Assembly (NCBI GenBank): GCA_964620365.1
Contig: CAZUIH010000001.1
Coordinates: 20,279-84,278 of the forward strand
Length of the DNA stretch: 64,000 bases
Reading direction: 5' to 3'
Source of the DNA: an uncultured Desulfobacterales bacterium
GTDB taxonomy: Bacteria; Desulfobacterota; Dissulfuribacteria; Dissulfuribacterales; S140-46
Positions within the stretch are counted from its first letter, which is position 1. Each line of letters begins with the position of its first letter. The position numbers and the translations under genes are program-made. The notes under the pieces are model-generated. The model was not told the DNA's origin and made no database searches. It was given only the letters and a program-made list of their open reading frames with translations. This document shows positions 1 to 11,568 of this stretch, in pieces.

Positions 1-8
1 CCATCATC

Positions 9-482
9 TCATTTTGAACGTACAGACACAGAATCAAGATAAGAAAAGAGGCTAAACCAGAAAGGAGAGAGAAGCCCATTCAGAACTGCCTGCACAACAC
101 CCCAAGGCCAGACATATTCGACCATACTGCTTCCTGTAAAAATAATGAACTCTACCCCCAAAGACACGAAAAAAACCAGTAGGACCTTTTGCCACCACAA
201 GTTACACACTACGTGCCCCAGCACGTAACGGACCATCAGATATTCAGAAGCATAAGCAATAATGTAACTGCCTGTTGTAATAATAGAAAACGTTTCAGCC
301 AACACACCCAATACCAAAACAGGCAAAAGTCCTGCCGGCAAAGGAATCTCAATTGCGGTCCAAGCCACTAAGGGCACAAGGCCATCCACGCGTGTAAAGC
401 CTACACCAAGTACATCTCCCCAGGTTGTATTGAATAGGAAGAGAAAAAAACCAGTTACAATAACAACAATCTCGGTTTTCAT
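9..482 (-). CDS. mreD: Rod shape-determining protein MreD (polytopic membrane protein)
   Basis: 157-aa hydrophobic multi-TM ORF. It overlaps the mreC stop by 4 nt and holds the third position of the conserved mreB-mreC-mreD order. Confidence 0.6.
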   Translation of the reverse strand: MKTEIVVIVTGFFLFLFNTTWGDVLGVGFTRVDGLVPLVAWTAIEIPLPAGLLPVLVLGVLAETFSIITTGSYIIAYASEYLMVRYVLGHVVCNLWWQKVLLVFFVSLGVEFIIFTGSSMVEYVWPWGVVQAVLNGLLSPFWFSLFSYLDSVSVRSK

Positions 483-1357
483 CTGACATTCCTGACCGTT
501 GGCCTGTCATTAACCAAGATTAAAAGTTCCTCCAGCCTTGAAAGATCAACGGCCGGCTTAACGATGATACGTTGAAACAGACTGGAAGCCGGACCAGGTT
601 CTACCTCTGACACCGTCCCCAGAAGCAGCCCCTTGGGGAAAATATCATCAGTACCAGACGTGATGACAGTGTCACCTATCTCTACATCTACGCTCTTCTC
701 CACGTATGAAAGAAAACACGTTTCATCACCGGCACCTTTCAAAATCCCCCTGACTCTGTTTCGCTGAATCAAGGCCGATATCGCGCTGTTGCGATCAGAC
801 AGAAGCATGACCTTACTAAAATAGGGAGAAGATTCCACCACCTTGCCAACTACACCTGCTCCAGCCATTGCAACCATCCCTGGTTTCACTCCATCCTTTA
901 GCCCCCTGTCAATAGAAACAGCTTTTATCCAGGGAGTGAGCTCTAAGGCTATAATGTTTGCAGCAACTGGCGGAATTTCAGATCTCCGCTTAATGCCCAG
1001 AAGTTTTCTGAGCCTCACATTCTCAATAAGGGCCTCTCTGTACTTAACCAATTCGCTTTGAAGTTGAGCCACCTCCAGACGCAACTTCTCATTTTCAACA
1101 GTAACATTCTGAAGGGCTATGTAATGATCCCACACATAATGGCCCCACCTTACCGGAACGATCAAACCTTTCTGTAAAAATCCTGATCCATCAACTATAA
1201 TCTGTGCCAGTGGCGAAAGGACTCCCAACGAGCCTGAGCGCAGACCTACGATTCCGAAAATCAGAAGCACCACCACCGCAAGCACCACGCCTGCCATAAT
1301 ACGATTTTGTTTGTTTGGGGGGGTTGAAGGCACAGGCGAAAAATTAAATGCTCTCAA
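479..1357 (-). CDS. mreC: Rod shape-determining protein MreC
   Basis: N-terminal TM (IMAGVVLAVVVLLIFGIVGL), a coiled coil (NEKLRLEVAQLQSELVKYREAL) and a C-terminal beta-domain (GDTVITSGTDDIFPKGLLLGTV). Lies directly downstream of mreB. Confidence 0.85.
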   Translation of the reverse strand: MRAFNFSPVPSTPPNKQNRIMAGVVLAVVVLLIFGIVGLRSGSLGVLSPLAQIIVDGSGFLQKGLIVPVRWGHYVWDHYIALQNVTVENEKLRLEVAQLQSELVKYREALIENVRLRKLLGIKRRSEIPPVAANIIALELTPWIKAVSIDRGLKDGVKPGMVAMAGAGVVGKVVESSPYFSKVMLLSDRNSAISALIQRNRVRGILKGAGDETCFLSYVEKSVDVEIGDTVITSGTDDIFPKGLLLGTVSEVEPGPASSLFQRIIVKPAVDLSRLEELLILVNDRPTVRNVR

Positions 1358-1455
1358 CAGCTATATGGTTATCAAGATTTCCTGAAACTACCAATCCCAT
1401 TCCTTCACTAAAAATAAGTCTGTTCTACAAAAAACAAGTCCCAAAAAGCAGTATA

Positions 1456-2502
<1,047 letters not shown>

Positions 2503-2737
2503 TCAAGTTTCTATAATAGATAAACATAACAAAGCGTATGAACCCTACCAAAGGCCAAAAAAAATAGCAAGAATGATATAGTCGGTGAAGAACCACAAAT
2601 AATTTTATGGATTTTTACTTTGAATTCGCCAAAATCTGTGCAGGACCCTGGATTTACGCAACGCATCCATGCATCTGTCCTCCGGGCCATACATCACGAA
2701 ATTATGTGATCGGCACGATTTCCTTGCAACACCATCC

Positions 2738-2766
2738 TTGACATATTAGTTGCTTACGATTATGAA
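2738..2766 (+). promoter_or_regulatory. Candidate sigma-70 promoter upstream of rpmH (TTGACA-N17-TATGAA)
   Basis: TTGACA at 2738-2743, a 17-nt spacer, then TATGAA at 2761-2766. Sits about 100 nt upstream of the rpmH ATG in an AT-rich spacer. Pattern match only. Confidence 0.25.
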
Positions 2767-2872
2767 ATTGCATTTTGTTAGATAGATATATTTTCTTTAC
2801 ATTCTATAATTAATGTGAAAAAAATTTTAAATATTTTAAAATATTACTCCAGCACAATTAAGGAGCGTTACG

Positions 2873-3007
2873 ATGAAAAGAACATTTCAGCCAAGCAATC
2901 TTAAGAGAAAACGCACTCACGGATTCCGTAAACGTATGAGCACCAAGGCCGGTCGCAAAGTCATTAACAGAAGAAGGGCTAAAGGGAGACACCGGTTAAG
3001 CGTTTAA
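2873..3007 (+). CDS. rpmH: 50S ribosomal protein L34
   Basis: Hand translation gives [44 protein letters not shown]. It is below the ORF-track length cutoff. An AGGAG RBS lies at 2861-2865. Canonical position upstream of rnpA. Confidence 0.95.
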   Translation: MKRTFQPSNLKRKRTHGFRKRMSTKAGRKVINRRRAKGRHRLSV

Positions 3008-3071
3008 ACAAAAAAAATTTAACAACTAACTCAAAAGATAACCCTTTTGCCATGGGCTCTTTGTTTGAAGG

Positions 3072-3425
3072 GTGAAACAAAATTCTCTACATAGAATCCA
3101 AAGACTCACCCAACGTGAAGACTACGATAGGGCTTTTAAACAGGGAAAGCGAATAACCCTTCCAGGCCTTACAATCTTACGGATTAAAAATTGTTGTGAC
3201 TATGCGAGGCTTGGGATAAGTGTCAGCAAGAGACGAATTAGCACGGCAGTCGGAAGGAACAGGGCTAAAAGATTAATCAGGGAATTATTTAGGAAAAACA
3301 AAAAACTGTTTTTACCTGGTTACGATTACGTTTTCATTCCCGTCAGGAATTTTTTACAAATCAGCTGGAGGGAACATAACAAAAATCTAGTACAGGCCCT
3401 TAAACAAAACGGGGAATACGTCTGA
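3072..3425 (+). CDS. rnpA: Ribonuclease P protein component
   Basis: 117-aa basic protein (AVGRNRAKRLIRELFR) with a GTG start. Conserved rpmH-rnpA-yidD-yidC order. Confidence 0.85.
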   Translation: MKQNSLHRIQRLTQREDYDRAFKQGKRITLPGLTILRIKNCCDYARLGISVSKRRISTAVGRNRAKRLIRELFRKNKKLFLPGYDYVFIPVRNFLQISWREHNKNLVQALKQNGEYV

Positions 3426-3482
3426 AAGTGTAAGCGAGCGCATCCCATACTATCCTAAATATGGGATAAGCGAGCGAATAAA

Positions 3483-3782
3483 ATGACAATAACAACCTTA
3501 TATTCAAAAAATTCCTTACAGCTTGCAGTAAAGAATTTCAAGCTATCTACTCTTGGCACCAAGATAGCCATAATTGTTATTAATATATATATTTCCTTAA
3601 TATCACCTTTTCTTCCGCGATCCTGCCGTTTTACCCCAACATGCTCTGAATATGCCCGTGAAGCCTTAAAGCAATTTGGATTCTTTAAAGGGATATGGTT
3701 AAGCACCAGGAGAATAATACGGTGTCATCCGTGGAATCCTGGTGGCTATGATCCAGTGCCAGGCACGCATGACAAAGGGTAA
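3483..3782 (+). CDS. yidD: Membrane protein insertion efficiency factor YidD
   Basis: YidD signature CRFTPTCSEYAREAL...CHPWNPGGYDPVP. Lies between rnpA and yidC. Confidence 0.85.
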   Translation: MTITTLYSKNSLQLAVKNFKLSTLGTKIAIIVINIYISLISPFLPRSCRFTPTCSEYAREALKQFGFFKGIWLSTRRIIRCHPWNPGGYDPVPGTHDKG

Positions 3783-3857
3783 AAAACACAAAACTTTTTT
3801 AAAAACCTAATTAAAAAGAAATTATCTTCCAAATTCTACGATAGTTAGGACGATGAC

Positions 3858-5513
3858 ATGGAATCACGGACTTTATTAGCAGTAATTTTATCCTTGCTGG
3901 TTCTAGTAGGATTTCAGTACTTCTTGGGGCCTCAAACTGCACCTACCCCTGATGGCTTAAATGCAACTGAGAATCAATTTGATACTGAAAAAGAAAAAAA
4001 TCAACCAAAACAGGACACTCTCTCTACCCAGGAAGATGCATCCGCACGAAAAACACAGCCACTGTCTCCGCCATTATTGCCGGTAAAAGATGCCCACTTA
4101 AGAGATATTGTAGTTGATACAGACCTCTACAAAATCGTATTTACCGAACAGGGAGCCGGAGTCAAAGAATATCTGTTAAAGGAGTATGGAACAGAACTGT
4201 CTCCAGAAGCACCACGGGTAAATCTTGTAAATGTGATCCCGCCGCATCTGCCCCTCGTCCTGGGTATTGGGAAACAACAAGTCCTTGAACTTTCAACCCA
4301 ACCTTTTGTTGCCGATCAACCAGAAGTTCACGTTGGACCTGAAAAACAAGAGGCAACGCTCACATTTTCCACCAGGTTACAAAACGGAATTACCATCACG
4401 GAAACCTATACATTTCACCATAACAGTTACTGGATAGATTGTCTTATTACGGCCCAGGGACCAAAAGATCAACCGATTTCAATCTTTCTTTACAATAGGC
4501 CTCAGGCAAAGGCAAACAGGTATATTTTCTCAGGGGCCTCCTATTATGCCCAGGGTAAACTGGAAGAGGTAACACTTGACGATGTGGGAGAAATCCACAA
4601 ATATTCTGGCCCCCTTGATTGGATGGGCTATGGAGATAATTACTTTTTTGGTGCCCTAATACCTGCTGATAACGCAAAAACATGGGACATCTCAATTAAA
4701 AAGCTCGATAGCACCGGACTCACCGCCAGTCAACTTTCTCAGGGTAATTTTGCAGGTGGCCAATCCAATGTATTAAAGGTGGGCATATATTTTGGGCCAA
4801 AAGAGATAGACAGGCTCAAAGAGCTCGGCCATAACCTCTCAAAGGCTATCAATTTTGGATGGTTTGATCCCATCGCAAAACCTCTTTTGTACATCCTGAA
4901 GTTTCTGTCCAAATATCTTCCAAACTATGGTGTGGCCATCATTCTAATTACGGTGTTGATCAAAATAGCATTCTGGCCCCTGGCGCATAAAAGTGCCAAG
5001 TCCATGAAAACCATGCAGAAACTTCAACCCAAGCTGGCAAAGCTCAAAGAGAAATATGGAGATGACAAGGAGAGACTGAACAAGGAGCTGTTGCAGCTTT
5101 ACAAGACTTATAGGGTGAATCCCATGAGCGGATGCCTCCCTATGCTTTTACAGATTCCTGTTTTCTTTGCCCTATACAAGGTACTTCTGCAGGCCATAGA
5201 GTTGCGCCACGCACCTTTTATGCTTTGGATCAACGATCTATCTGCTCCAGACCGGTTGATGATCCCTGGAGTCACCATTCCTTACCTTGGTGGAATACCC
5301 GTACTCACTCTGCTGATGGGCCTTTCCATGTATCTGCAACAAAAAATGAGCCCATCCTCTCTTGATCCCACACAGGCCAAAATGATGCAGTTTTTACCTG
5401 TAATCTTCACTTTCATGTTCATCAATTTCCCGTCAGGACTAGTTTTATATTGGCTAGTCAACAATATTCTCTCGATAGTACAGCAATATTACGTAAATAA
5501 ATTCACGGACTAA
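3858..5513 (+). CDS. yidC: Membrane protein insertase YidC (long Gram-negative form with periplasmic P1 domain)
   Basis: N-terminal TM, a roughly 330-aa periplasmic domain, then the conserved 60-kDa IMP core (PMSGCLPMLLQIPVFFALYKVL, FPSGLVLYWLVNNILSIVQQY). Confidence 0.95.
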   Translation: MESRTLLAVILSLLVLVGFQYFLGPQTAPTPDGLNATENQFDTEKEKNQPKQDTLSTQEDASARKTQPLSPPLLPVKDAHLRDIVVDTDLYKIVFTEQGAGVKEYLLKEYGTELSPEAPRVNLVNVIPPHLPLVLGIGKQQVLELSTQPFVADQPEVHVGPEKQEATLTFSTRLQNGITITETYTFHHNSYWIDCLITAQGPKDQPISIFLYNRPQAKANRYIFSGASYYAQGKLEEVTLDDVGEIHKYSGPLDWMGYGDNYFFGALIPADNAKTWDISIKKLDSTGLTASQLSQGNFAGGQSNVLKVGIYFGPKEIDRLKELGHNLSKAINFGWFDPIAKPLLYILKFLSKYLPNYGVAIILITVLIKIAFWPLAHKSAKSMKTMQKLQPKLAKLKEKYGDDKERLNKELLQLYKTYRVNPMSGCLPMLLQIPVFFALYKVLLQAIELRHAPFMLWINDLSAPDRLMIPGVTIPYLGGIPVLTLLMGLSMYLQQKMSPSSLDPTQAKMMQFLPVIFTFMFINFPSGLVLYWLVNNILSIVQQYYVNKFTD

Positions 5514-5528
5514 AAACAAAGACGAAAT

Positions 5529-6359
5529 ATGGAAAAAAATCATATGAAAATGTTAGAACCGACTGAATTTGAAGGTAAGACCACTGAACGAGCCATTGAA
5601 GCAGCCTGCGTTTTTTTTAACTGTACTGAAGATGATCTGGAAATTGAAATTGTAACCAAAGGTTCCACGGGAATATTTGGCTTGGGTGGCAGAAAAGCAA
5701 AGATAAGGGCAATCCCCAAGAAGCAGCCTGAACCTAGCGAAGCAATACCTGATAAAAAAGATACAGAGATTAAAGAGGAGCCCTATGTGCAACCCCAGGC
5801 TGAAGAAAAGGCATTGGAAACCGATTCCAGAGAAAAAATTACGGAAGTGCCTGATGCAGTAATCGATACCCCCAACCAGGAACATCTGGAACAGGCCAAA
5901 GAAATTGTAGACACAATACTGGCAAATGCGAACCTTTCCGGCAAAGTATCTATTAACAGTGACTCAGACAACGACATTAATCTCAACATAGAAGGGGAAG
6001 ACATATCCCTCATAATAGGACGGGATGGCCAGACCCTCAATGCCCTGGAATACCTGTTGAACCGCATTTTGAGACACAGAGGTCTACAAATTAGGATTCA
6101 GATAGATGCCCAGGGCTACCGCGCCAAAAAACAAGAAGCTCTAGAGCGCCTGGCTCACAGGATGGCGAAGAAGGCCAAGCAATCAGGACGTTCGGTAGCG
6201 CTGCAACCTATGGGACCAAAGGAAAGACGTATAGTTCACCTTACCCTTAAAGAAGTGCGTGGAATCGCTACCCGCAGTATAGGGGAAGGTACGTATAGAA
6301 AAGTTCTCATAACCCCTTCCCGTCGTCGGGGTAAATCTCGCTACAGCCAAAAAAATTGA
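5529..6359 (+). CDS. jag: Jag/KhpB-type RNA-binding protein (Jag_N, KH and R3H domains)
   Basis: C-terminal R3H-like segment (PMGPKERRIVHLTLKE). Conserved position between yidC and mnmE. The central linker is acidic. Confidence 0.8.
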   Translation: MEKNHMKMLEPTEFEGKTTERAIEAACVFFNCTEDDLEIEIVTKGSTGIFGLGGRKAKIRAIPKKQPEPSEAIPDKKDTEIKEEPYVQPQAEEKALETDSREKITEVPDAVIDTPNQEHLEQAKEIVDTILANANLSGKVSINSDSDNDINLNIEGEDISLIIGRDGQTLNALEYLLNRILRHRGLQIRIQIDAQGYRAKKQEALERLAHRMAKKAKQSGRSVALQPMGPKERRIVHLTLKEVRGIATRSIGEGTYRKVLITPSRRRGKSRYSQKN

Positions 6360-7786
6360 TGGGAGTCCATCTTACACGGGACGAAGACACGATAGCCGCA
6401 ATAGCGACACCACTCGGCACCGGTGGAATAGGAGTGGTGCGTGTCAGTGGTTCCAAGGCGGAATCCATATTCCGGCAAATATTCTATCCCAACCGCCAAA
6501 TAGAAAAGTTAGAATCCCATCGACTTTATTATGGTTGGGTCAAAGAATCTCCAGATTCCCCTCCAGTCGACGAGGTGCTTTCAGTAGTAATGAAGGCCCC
6601 CCACAGCTATACATGTGAGGATGTCCTGGAAATCCAGTGTCACAGTGGGCCTGCCGTACTGAAACGCATACTGGAGATGGCCTTGAGCCGCGGGGCCAGG
6701 CTTGCTGAGCCAGGGGAGTTTACAAAAAGGGCCTTTTTGAATGGACGTATCGATCTCACCCAGGCAGAAGCCATCGTGGAACTTACCAATGCCCAGAGCG
6801 AGTACCAGCAACGATTAGCTGCCGCCCAACTAAGTGGAAAATTAGGGGAACTGATAAATAAAGTAAGACAATCGATGTTGAACGTTCTGGCCCAGTTGGA
6901 AGTAGCCATCGATTATCCCGATGAAGATATGGAAATCCTAAACTACCAGGACCTCAAACAAGAAATCCATGAAAGGATACTGACCCCTATAAACCGTCTG
7001 ATAACTGCCTATTCACAGGGTCATCTCCTTAGAGAGGGAGCTAGGATAGTACTTGCCGGACGCCCCAATGTGGGAAAATCCAGTCTGTTTAACGCCCTTT
7101 TGGGCACCAGCCGGGTGATAGTCAGCTCTATTCCAGGCACCACAAGAGATGTCATTGAAGAGTCCATGGACCTAAACGGTCTTAAACTCACGTTGGTGGA
7201 TACGGCAGGTATTCACCAGGCCACCAATGATCCCATTGAAGACCAGGGGATTCAGCTGGCAAGCTCTCAACTTGACAAGGCGGATCTTATATTGTTTGTC
7301 CTCGACACATCTTCTCCTTTGACCGAAGAAGATTATGCGATTGCCCAAAATATTCGTGGTCATAAAAACGTGTTGGCGGTATTGAACAAAGTCGACATTG
7401 CTCCTCCGGCAGCACAATCTGTTCAAAAACTACAGAAAGAACTGGATGACATACTAGACAAATCCGAGGTTCTACTGGTTTCAGCCACGACAGGTAAAGG
7501 CATTGAGGAATTGAAATCAAGGATTTCAGCCTGCTTGACCGGATCGGCAAATATGGAGACAAATAATCTACCGGCCTTCGTTCCTGGGCTAAGGCATAAG
7601 GAGGCGTTGGAAACTGCCCATTCAGCTATTGCCAGTAGTCTTGCTCGCATTGAAGAAAACGCACCTACTGAAATCGTGGCCTTTGACATAGGCGAAGCCC
7701 TTGGGATAATGGATTCAATCATAGGCAAAAACGCAGATGAAGATCTCTTAGACACCATTTTCAGCAACTTTTGTCTTGGAAAATGA
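6359..7786 (+). CDS. mnmE: tRNA modification GTPase MnmE (TrmE)
   Basis: N-terminal DTIAAIATP, G1 GRPNVGKSSLFN, DTAG, NKVD and the C-terminal FCLGK motif. The ATG at 6359 overlaps the jag TGA. The ORF track starts at a TTG at 6356. Confidence 0.95.
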   Translation: MGVHLTRDEDTIAAIATPLGTGGIGVVRVSGSKAESIFRQIFYPNRQIEKLESHRLYYGWVKESPDSPPVDEVLSVVMKAPHSYTCEDVLEIQCHSGPAVLKRILEMALSRGARLAEPGEFTKRAFLNGRIDLTQAEAIVELTNAQSEYQQRLAAAQLSGKLGELINKVRQSMLNVLAQLEVAIDYPDEDMEILNYQDLKQEIHERILTPINRLITAYSQGHLLREGARIVLAGRPNVGKSSLFNALLGTSRVIVSSIPGTTRDVIEESMDLNGLKLTLVDTAGIHQATNDPIEDQGIQLASSQLDKADLILFVLDTSSPLTEEDYAIAQNIRGHKNVLAVLNKVDIAPPAAQSVQKLQKELDDILDKSEVLLVSATTGKGIEELKSRISACLTGSANMETNNLPAFVPGLRHKEALETAHSAIASSLARIEENAPTEIVAFDIGEALGIMDSIIGKNADEDLLDTIFSNFCLGK

Positions 7787-7805
7787 AACTTGTCAGGAAT
7801 AGATC

Positions 7806-8642
7806 ATGAAACGATTAAAAGAGATCAGGAACAGTTGCTCAGACAAAAAACTTTACGAAGTCCTCGAGATTGAGTGCAAGGCTGCCCTCAGCGCAGGAGA
7901 GGTTCTAAGGAATCGTTACTTGCAACCCCACCAGATAAAACATAAGGGCGATATAGATCTTGTCACCGAAGCGGATCTCGCATCAGAGGAAACCATTTTA
8001 ACCATAATCAAACATTATGATCCTCAAGGGGAAATTCTTGCCGAAGAATCTCATTCTTCTCTTGATTTTTCCCAAAATAGACCTGTATGGATAATTGATC
8101 CGTTGGATGGCACGACTAATTTTGCCCATGGATTTCCATGGTTCTGCATTTCCATCGCCTATGGTTTGCCCTCCTCAGGTCTTGTAGGGACAATATATTG
8201 TCCTCTTCAAGATGAACTTTTTTTTGCAATAAAAGGGTGTTCAGCATGGCTTAATGGCTTAGAGATACGGGTTTCTCAAGAGACGAAGCTTGGGTCATCG
8301 CTGTTAGCAACAGGCTTTCCCTATGATATACAAAAGGAAACAGACGTTGTCATTGACACCTTGAAGACAATACTTAAGCAGTGTCAGGGAGTAAGACGGG
8401 CAGGGGCCGCTGCCTTGGACATGGCCTATGTAGCATGTGGTCGTCTTGACGGATTCTGGGAAATAAAATTGAAACCGTGGGATACAGCCGCTGGTTTTCT
8501 ACTGATTGAGGAGGCTGGGGGCCGCGTATCTGACTTTAGAGGCAATAACTATTCACCGTTCTTACCCGAAGTAGTGGCCACAAACGGGAAGATCCATAAT
8601 GAACTCATTAATCTCCTGAAACCATTCAGTATCACAAAATGA
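7806..8642 (+). CDS. Inositol monophosphatase family protein (SuhB-like)
   Basis: IMPase motifs [20 protein letters not shown] and WDTAAG. Confidence 0.85.
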   Translation: MKRLKEIRNSCSDKKLYEVLEIECKAALSAGEVLRNRYLQPHQIKHKGDIDLVTEADLASEETILTIIKHYDPQGEILAEESHSSLDFSQNRPVWIIDPLDGTTNFAHGFPWFCISIAYGLPSSGLVGTIYCPLQDELFFAIKGCSAWLNGLEIRVSQETKLGSSLLATGFPYDIQKETDVVIDTLKTILKQCQGVRRAGAAALDMAYVACGRLDGFWEIKLKPWDTAAGFLLIEEAGGRVSDFRGNNYSPFLPEVVATNGKIHNELINLLKPFSITK

Positions 8643-9115
8643 CTACATTCAAGACCATCAGCTGTCCACAGTGCGGGACTTTTATAAAACAATATGCCAA
8701 TCCTGTTCCGACTGTGGATACAATCATAGAATTTCAAAATGGTATTGTCTTGATAGACCGAAAAAATCCACCCTTTGGTTGGGCGATTCCAGGTGGATTT
8801 GTGGACTATGGCGAAAGTGTAGAGGCCGCGGCTATACGTGAAGCACGTGAAGAAACAGGACTTATTTTAAGACTCAAAGGTATATTAGGCGTTTACTCTG
8901 CCCCGGATAGAGATCCCAGACAACATACCATCAGTACCGTGTTCATAGCCGAGGCCGAAGGCCAACTAAGGGCTGGAGACGATGCAAGGGCAGCCAAGGT
9001 GTTTAACCCCAACGACATTCCTGAGAAACTGGTATTTGATCATGGGACGATCATGGATGACTACATGAGCTACCTCAAAGGTCTTAGGTCACTATGCCCT
9101 GCAAAACTATCTTAA
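8639..9115 (+). CDS. NUDIX hydrolase with N-terminal zinc-ribbon-like CxxC
   Basis: Nudix box [24 protein letters not shown] and an N-terminal CPQCG. Overlaps the upstream gene by 4 nt. Confidence 0.85.
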   Translation: MTTFKTISCPQCGTFIKQYANPVPTVDTIIEFQNGIVLIDRKNPPFGWAIPGGFVDYGESVEAAAIREAREETGLILRLKGILGVYSAPDRDPRQHTISTVFIAEAEGQLRAGDDARAAKVFNPNDIPEKLVFDHGTIMDDYMSYLKGLRSLCPAKLS

Positions 9116-10096
9116 ACCCTTAGCTATTGCCCCTTCATGAAGGACTACACGGTTGCCGCCTGCCTTTTTGGCAGCATACATTGCGTCATCGGCCTCGTGC
9201 ACAAAAACATTTATATCGTGCCGAATCCTTTCGTGCTCCCTTTTAAAGCGAGACACGCCGAGACTTATGGTGGTAGTCCCTATTCCATCTGCTTCAAGAA
9301 AATTGCGCCTCATCCTCTCCGCAATCTGCTCCACCTGTTCCAGGCTTGCTTGAGGCACGATCACGGCAAACTCATCTCCCCCATACCTGAAGGCAATATC
9401 CACGTATTTTCTGGTAGACCCTCTTATCACCTGGGCCAGACTTTTTAAAACTCTGTCACCGGCCTGATGGCCAAAGCAGTCGTTCAACTCCTTAAAATTA
9501 TCCAGATCGAGCATAATCAAAAACAGCGGGTACCCCTGACGGCTGGCCCGCTCCGCTTCTTCTTCAAGCCGTTGCTCAAAAAATCTTCTGTTGTAGAGAT
9601 CTGTAAGGCCATCCCTGATGGACAATCGTCTCAGCATGGCCCTAAGGGCACGTTCTCTTATAACTCTATTTAATTTAGCCTCAAGCTCGTTGAGATTGAA
9701 GGGTTTTTGAATGAAATCACTAGCCCCTGCACCTATGACATCGGTGTATCTAAAATCCCTACTATAGCCCGTCATTACAATAATATCAGTATCCGGCCAC
9801 ATCTCTTTTATCTTCGGTATGAGTTCCATACCGTTCATCTTGGGCATAAGAAGATCGGTTATCACTATGGTACACGAAGCCTGCTCCAGTAATTGCAGGG
9901 CCTCTATCCCATTCAATGCCGTGCGGTACTGATAATTTAGGCTGTCTAAAAACTCACCCAAAAGGCTCAATATAGTAGGATCATCATCCACCACCAGCAT
10001 CCGCTGAGGTTCCTTGGGCAGGTCTTCTAAGCGGAAGAAATCGCTTTGCTCTGGTGGTGTCCTCTCTCCTGACACTATATCCTCCACTTCAAACAT
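9107..10096 (-). CDS. Response regulator receiver + GGDEF diguanylate cyclase
   Basis: REC ([21 protein letters not shown]) followed by GGDEF ([21 protein letters not shown]). Confidence 0.9.
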   Translation of the reverse strand: MFEVEDIVSGERTPPEQSDFFRLEDLPKEPQRMLVVDDDPTILSLLGEFLDSLNYQYRTALNGIEALQLLEQASCTIVITDLLMPKMNGMELIPKIKEMWPDTDIIVMTGYSRDFRYTDVIGAGASDFIQKPFNLNELEAKLNRVIRERALRAMLRRLSIRDGLTDLYNRRFFEQRLEEEAERASRQGYPLFLIMLDLDNFKELNDCFGHQAGDRVLKSLAQVIRGSTRKYVDIAFRYGGDEFAVIVPQASLEQVEQIAERMRRNFLEADGIGTTTISLGVSRFKREHERIRHDINVFVHEADDAMYAAKKAGGNRVVLHEGAIAKGLR

Positions 10097-10118
10097 GGTA
10101 GGCCAACATAAAACAAGA

Positions 10119-10484
10119 CTATTTCCGGAGATGTCGTCTTACAGATTCTTTGAGTTCATCCAGATTGAACGACTTGACTATATAGTCATCCGATGCCCAG
10201 GAAGCCAAATCCTGCTTATATTCCGGATAGGCGGAACTCAAAATAACCGGCACATCTGGCTTTTTCTGCTTCATTTGGCGTAAGACCTCTATACCATCCA
10301 TACCAGGCATATTTATGTCCAGTATTACAAGATCTGGTCCTAAGGCATCAAAAATCTTTAATGCCTCCTCACCGCTCAGGGCCGAATGCACCTCATATCC
10401 CTCTTCCTCCAGTTCTTCTCTGTAGAGCAAATGGATGCTCTCCTCGTCGTCCACCACTAAAATTTTCTTTGAATAGTCTCCCAT
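10119..10484 (-). CDS. Single-domain CheY-like response regulator
   Basis: KILVVDDEE, ILDINMPGMDG and a conserved K (IVKSF). 121 aa. Confidence 0.9.
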   Translation of the reverse strand: MGDYSKKILVVDDEESIHLLYREELEEEGYEVHSALSGEEALKIFDALGPDLVILDINMPGMDGIEVLRQMKQKKPDVPVILSSAYPEYKQDLASWASDDYIVKSFNLDELKESVRRHLRK

Positions 10485-10551
10485 GAATCACCTCGCCTGG
10501 TTTTATCAGCATAATTCCCTATTATGATACCACTCCAATGCAATATCTAGT

Positions 10552-11559
10552 TTAATCTAAATCTATTTCAATTTCCCTTAAAAACCTGGCCGCTTCTTCA
10601 GGTGGGGTGGGATTTATGTAAAATCCTGATCCCCATTCAAATCCAGCAACCATTGTAAGCTTTGGCATAATCTCTATATGCCAGTGATAATGTTCCAGGA
10701 ACTGATTCTGAAGCGGAGCAGTATGAAGCACGAAATTATATGGTACCCTTGGAATCGCCTTGTTAAGCCGCTTCATTGTCTCAAGAAACAGATCCGTTAG
10801 AGAGTGAAAAAGAGAATCATCAGTTGCTAAATAGGAGGATTGATGTTTTTTTGGCAAAACCCACATCTCAAAAGGCGATCTGGGAGCAAATGGTGAAATG
10901 GTTACAAAATCCTCATTTTCACATACTATCCTGATGTTCTGTGATCGTTCTTGTCTGATAATATCACAAAAAACGCAACGGTCCTTATAGTCAAAATATT
11001 TTAAGCAACCATTAATTTCTTCTTGAATCCTGTGAGGAACAATAGGAAGCGCTATGAGTTGGGAATGAGAATGTTCCAAAGAGGCCCCGGCAGCCCGACC
11101 AAAATTTTTGAAAACAATAATATATCTAAACCTGGGATCCTTTGATAAATCCGCCATCCTGTCCCTATAGGCCAAGAAAACCTGGATAAGCTGATCATGG
11201 GACATGTCTGTGATTGTCTCATTGTGATGGGGGGTCTCTATTATGACCTCATGGGCACCGATCCCATTCATTTTGTCATAAATACCTTCTCCCCTCTTAT
11301 CTAACTCCCCTTCAATGACAAGGGCGGGAAACTTGTTGGGCACCACCCGCAAGGTCCAGCCCGGGGTATTCGGGGCATACTGGGGCCTGCCATAGGCTAG
11401 AACTTCCGGCGGAGTAAAATGCTCATTACCTGAACACAAAGGGCAAAACCCGCCCTTGCTAATCTCCTTTTCGATCACAAAGTCAGATGGTCTCTTTCCT
11501 CGCTCCTTTGCAATAATAACCCATCGGCCTATTATTGGATCTCTTCTAAGCTCTGGCAT
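10552..11559 (-). CDS. Galactose-1-phosphate uridylyltransferase-like (GalT/HIT superfamily) nucleotidyltransferase
   Basis: Zn-site cysteines CPLCSGNE and the active-site motif HSHSQLIALP (HxHxQ). 335 aa. Confidence 0.8.
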   Translation of the reverse strand: MPELRRDPIIGRWVIIAKERGKRPSDFVIEKEISKGGFCPLCSGNEHFTPPEVLAYGRPQYAPNTPGWTLRVVPNKFPALVIEGELDKRGEGIYDKMNGIGAHEVIIETPHHNETITDMSHDQLIQVFLAYRDRMADLSKDPRFRYIIVFKNFGRAAGASLEHSHSQLIALPIVPHRIQEEINGCLKYFDYKDRCVFCDIIRQERSQNIRIVCENEDFVTISPFAPRSPFEMWVLPKKHQSSYLATDDSLFHSLTDLFLETMKRLNKAIPRVPYNFVLHTAPLQNQFLEHYHWHIEIMPKLTMVAGFEWGSGFYINPTPPEEAARFLREIEIDLD

Positions 11560-11568
11560 ATCTTATCC